Source of the DNA: the human T2T-CHM13v2.0 reference genome, Homo sapiens
Direction: 5' to 3' (one strand)
NCBI RefSeq assembly: GCF_009914755.1
Contig: NC_060926.1
DNA length: 64,000 nucleotides
Part shown: positions 60,401-64,000 of the stretch, piece by piece
How positions within the stretch are numbered: the stretch's first letter is position 1
How the letters are laid out: each line of letters opens with the position of its first letter
The notes under the pieces: model-generated
What the model was told of the DNA's origin: nothing
The model's database searches: none
What the model saw: only the letters and a program-made list of their open reading frames with translations
Program-made: the position numbers and the translations under genes

Positions 60401-60753
60401 TAATATTGAGTCTTCAATCAATTGTTATATATATAGCTGTATCAGGCCTGAAAGTACTTACCACATAGTGGGTCAGCAAGGGCATTACAGTTCTATTTCT
60501 GTTAAAACAGAACGATGAAGGATCCACCACCACCACTCCCATTTTTAAAATATTCTAAATATTCACACTTATTAACACAAAAATAAGGTGACTAAGAAGG
60601 ATAATTTCTGTATTTGGAGATAAATTTAAAATATCTACATTTTAAGGGACATAAAAGTTTTAATAGTGAACTGCTCTCTTGAATTTATTTGAAGGAACCC
60701 TAAACAATTTAAAAAGGAAATAATTATAAATGTATAAATTATTCCTTTGTTAC

Positions 60754-60848
60754 CTTTGTGGGAGTAACATTAGCTGCTGGTCTGAGAAGATACTGGGAAT
60801 TATATGCTGGTGACTGACTATAATATACTGAAGGGCCAGTAGTTGCAA
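60754..60848 (-). CDS. RGPD3: RGPD3 exon (RANBP2-derived, VATTGPSVYYSQSPAYNSQYLLRPAANVTPTK)
   Basis: (t)n ag|TT GCA ACT...ACA AAG|gtaac, 95 nt, phase 1 to 0. Confidence 0.92.
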
Positions 60849-61066
60849 CTAAAAAAAAAAAAGAAAAGAAAGAAAACACTGTTAAAGTCTATACTACAGT
60901 TAAGACTATCTAGGCAAGAGCTACAAATACAAAAGCAATAGAAATTAAAGAAAGATTTAACTACATAAATTTTAAATTTCTGTACATCAAAATACACCAA
61001 TCAAGATTATCAAATGACAAACTAGAAAAAAACTGCTAAATATGACATGAAGAATAAGAGAATAGC

Positions 61067-61838
61067 ATCGCTGTGATCAACAAGAACTACCTCACAAGCA
61101 TTAAAAAAGGAATAAAGAAGAAAGTAACTGTTGCCTTTTCTAAGAAAGATCAGTATGATGTGGAATTATGGACATTCAGTCACAGAAAGGACGTAAGGAA
61201 CCAAGATGCCCTCTGATGGTCAATGCATTTGAAGTGGGCCTAGAAAATCTGCAGAAAGACTAGGTTGTATTTTGTAAACTAAAGCTATTACTGAGAATGT
61301 TCAGCTCAAAAATCACCTGACAAATTCATGGAAAGGATGTCATAAATAACATAAAATGTGTTCCCTGGCTTAAAATAAAAAGCACATCAACACTCATACA
61401 GATGTACAAACTGTCTGCTCCCTCTGTTTGGTCTGTTTTACCAGGAAACAAAACGACTAGAAGGCACCCCTGTTAATGACAAAACTACCAATAGTCATTT
61501 GCTTGAACTGTTTTATGATAGTTTTACCAGAAAACAACCAAAAGATCTTTCATGCCTGTACATGGAAGAAGAAACAGAAACTGTGCCAAGAGGTTCCAAA
61601 CAATTGCCTCTGGAAAGCACTGAAAAATCAAGACCTAGAAAAGGCTAGCCAGAAGCCCAAGTTTGATTTTGGAAACCTTACAGAGGTGAGGATAGCTATT
61701 TTGAAATTACTATGGGGAGGAAGCAGGCACAGAACACAGAACAACCTGACAGAAATGGCCCAAGAATCTTAAAGTCTTGCAAGATGTCTGTCTGCATGAA
61801 AGCAAAAAGAAAAAATAAAATATTAAATAAAAAAAAAA
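61067..61838 (+). pseudogene. RPS3AP: Highly decayed RPS3A processed pseudogene, copy 1
   Basis: Fragments translate as AVINKNYLTSIKKGIKKKVTVAFSKKDQYDV (vs [33 protein letters not shown]), FEVGLENLQKD, KPKFDFGNLTE (vs KPKFELGKLME) and QES*, followed by an A-rich tail. Confidence 0.75.
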
Positions 61839-62849
61839 TCTTAGTCTGAAGTTTAAGTAGGGACTTTAATTGACTACTGACTCTAAACTGTGCGGCTCTA
61901 ATAAATCTACTAAAAGTAATCTAACTTTTAAAAGCACCATATGAATAGACAATTTAGGAAAGAAATGTTAATAGGCCTCAAGGAACATGTTTTTGAAGTG
62001 AGCCTTGAAAATCTGCAAAATGACGAGGTTGCATTGTGCAAATTGAAGCTATTATGAGAATGTTCAGGTCAAAAAAATTACCTGACAAATTCATGCACAG
62101 GATCTCTCAAGGAACACAAATGTGTTCGTTGGCTTTAAAAAAATCACATTAACATTCATGTTGATATACAAAAACTCTTCTCCATCTGTTTTGTGTGAGT
62201 TTTACCAAGAAACCAAACAACTGGAAGGTACCCACGTTGAAGATGGCAAAACTACCAACTGCCATTTGCATGAATTGTTGAGCATGACTAGTATTAAAAA
62301 AACTTAAAAATTGATATCACTTTTGTTCCTACAAATTGGCAAAGGATTTTATAAACTAGTAAGTCAGCATTAGCAAAAGTGCGAAAATGGCACTATCAGA
62401 TACTAGTGGTAAGAGCATAAACTGAATATTTTGAATACCCTACAAAACTAGGACAGTGTCCTAGAATTTGTAATGGCATAAACCAGAAACAACATAAATA
62501 AAGGAACAGAATTTACAGTACTTCCATGTGATGGGATACCATGAACTCATTAATATTCAAAAAACATTTAAGTTTAAAAATGCTCAGAACTAAAGTAACA
62601 TTTAAAAAACAGGCTAGCTCATCTACACACAACATAGTAACATGGTAACAATCTCATAAAAAATACTATATGTATAGAGAAAGAACCAGAAGGAAATGCT
62701 CTCAAATATAAGAAATGTTAATAAGGTGGTTAGTTTTTAGTTTTCTTCACCCTGTTCAGTACTTCTGAGTATCTCCTATGAGCTCATTAATCTTTAATTT
62801 TAATCATCTTATTTTTAAAAAACAAGGACCATCTTGATATATGTTTACT

Positions 62850-62855
62850 TTTATT
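62850..62855 (-). terminator. AATAAA downstream of the alternative terminal exon
   Basis: tttatt on +, about 35 nt past the TGA at 62890-62892. Confidence 0.55.
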
Positions 62856-62889
62856 AAGGAAAAAGAATCTATGAACACAGGAACAGAAA

Positions 62890-63002
62890 TCAGGAGATCT
62901 TGGCTCTCGCCCTTTCAGTGCCACAAAGCTGTTTTGTGAACCTGTAAACAATCCATTTGGAGTCTCCATGTTTCTCAATTGTAAAATGACGATGTGCTGC
63001 TT
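62890..63002 (-). CDS. RGPD3: Alternative terminal exon of RGPD (short isoform tail EAAHRHFTIEKHGDSKWIVYRFTKQLCGTERARAKIS*)
   Basis: atatgtag|AA GCA GCA CAT...ATC TCC TGA; phase 1, like the next constitutive exon; resembles my recollection of the short RGPD5 (BS-63) isoform C-terminus. Confidence 0.65.
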
Positions 63003-63559
63003 CTACATATTTCACAGGGTCATTGCAAGAATAAAATGAGACAATGAGAATGTTGGATTTACATGCTTGTATAAGAACAGAAGACCTTTTATGCCTGTAC
63101 ACAGAAGAAATGGAAATCATGACCCAAAAGGCACCAAATAACTGACTGCACACATCACTAAAAAAGCCCCAGGAAAGGCTAGCCGGTTTGTTTATCCTCT
63201 TACAAGGACCTATATGATGTGTAAGGTTTTAAGAAAACAAGGTTTGAACGTTAGACATTTCATATACTTATCTATGACTTACGACATTTAATAAGCTTGA
63301 CTTCACAAAGATTTTCTGTTATTTTGCTTGTGTTGAGAAGATACTATCACAAAAGGCTAGTGGGGTTGCCTTAACTATATGAACCATCACACAAATGTGC
63401 TCATCTAAACCAGATTTTATTCTAAATCTTTCCTGGGCTAAAAAGAGAGAGAGAGAAAAAAAAGGGCACTACTACTACCATTTCAGAAGTCTGTCGTACA
63501 TAAAAGGAACAATTTTGTTATTTCTGGCTGCCTGGGAGCAATGTATTATACTGGCAAGT

Positions 63560-63970
63560 GCTTTGGAGTTACACCACTGGAGTGTGAATCTCGGCTCTAT
63601 CAATAACTAGCTGTATAATAATGAGTAAGTTACCTAACCTTTCTTTATCCATTTCCTTATTTATAAAAAAGGGATTAATAATGGTACCGGCCATTCTAAG
63701 TTACTGTAATTAAATAAAATTACATTCACAAAGCACTTTTGCACATAGCCAACCCACAGTAAACACTATTAGTAACCTTAGTTCATTAACTGTTTACTGT
63801 ATACTCTAATAAATGTCTGATACACACCCACACCCACCTGCACATACACAAATGCTCATAGTAATTATGTAAGGCAAGTATTATCTCCACATTTCAGACA
63901 GGTTAACTTACACAGCTATTATAGTAAGTGATAGAGCAGAACTTAAAAACCCAGTATGATTCAGGTCCAA
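63560..63970. mobile_element. MIR fragments
   Basis: gctttggagttacaccactggagtgtgaatctcggctc...ccatttccttatttataaaaaagggattaataatggtac. Confidence 0.6.
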
Positions 63971-64000
63971 ACTCCTTTTCTTTCTTTATATAACCATAAT

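Larger units (their letters stand above)
61974..63250 (+). pseudogene. RPS3AP: Highly decayed RPS3A pseudogene, copy 2 (61974-62305 and ~63070-63250, interrupted)
   Basis: GLKEHVFEVSLENLQNDEVALCKLKL (vs [26 protein letters not shown]); later EMEIMTQK and gaaaggctagccggtttgtttatcctc (EKACQSIYPL-like). Confidence 0.7.

Overview
Primate (most likely human) genomic DNA from a mosaic segmental duplication, most consistent with the PLGLA-RGPD3 locus at 2q12.2. The gene identities come from my recall of the proteins, not from a database search. Four donor genes are stitched together. (1) Six consecutive internal exons of ANAPC1 (+, 4500-13008) keep canonical splice sites and an open spliced frame. 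(2) The promoter and exons 1-5 of plasminogen (+, ~16.8-27.7 kb) carry a TAA that yields a 96-aa signal peptide + PAN domain (PLGLA). (3) The 3' end of GCC2 (-, ~38-54.3 kb) is fused at ~54415 to (4) RANBP2 exons (-, 54.4-64 kb), forming the 3' half of an RGPD gene. Its GRIP domain has lost the invariant Tyr and its last 20 residues. The window also holds an RPS26 retrocopy with two nested Alus, two very decayed tandem RPS3A retrocopies, about 35 Alus, LTRs, DNA transposons, L1/L2/MIR remnants and microsatellites. I found no prokaryote-style system (CRISPR, tRNA, rRNA, operon). The most interesting signals are the legible fusion breakpoints, latent or alternative exons, and the altered domain ends of the duplicated genes.
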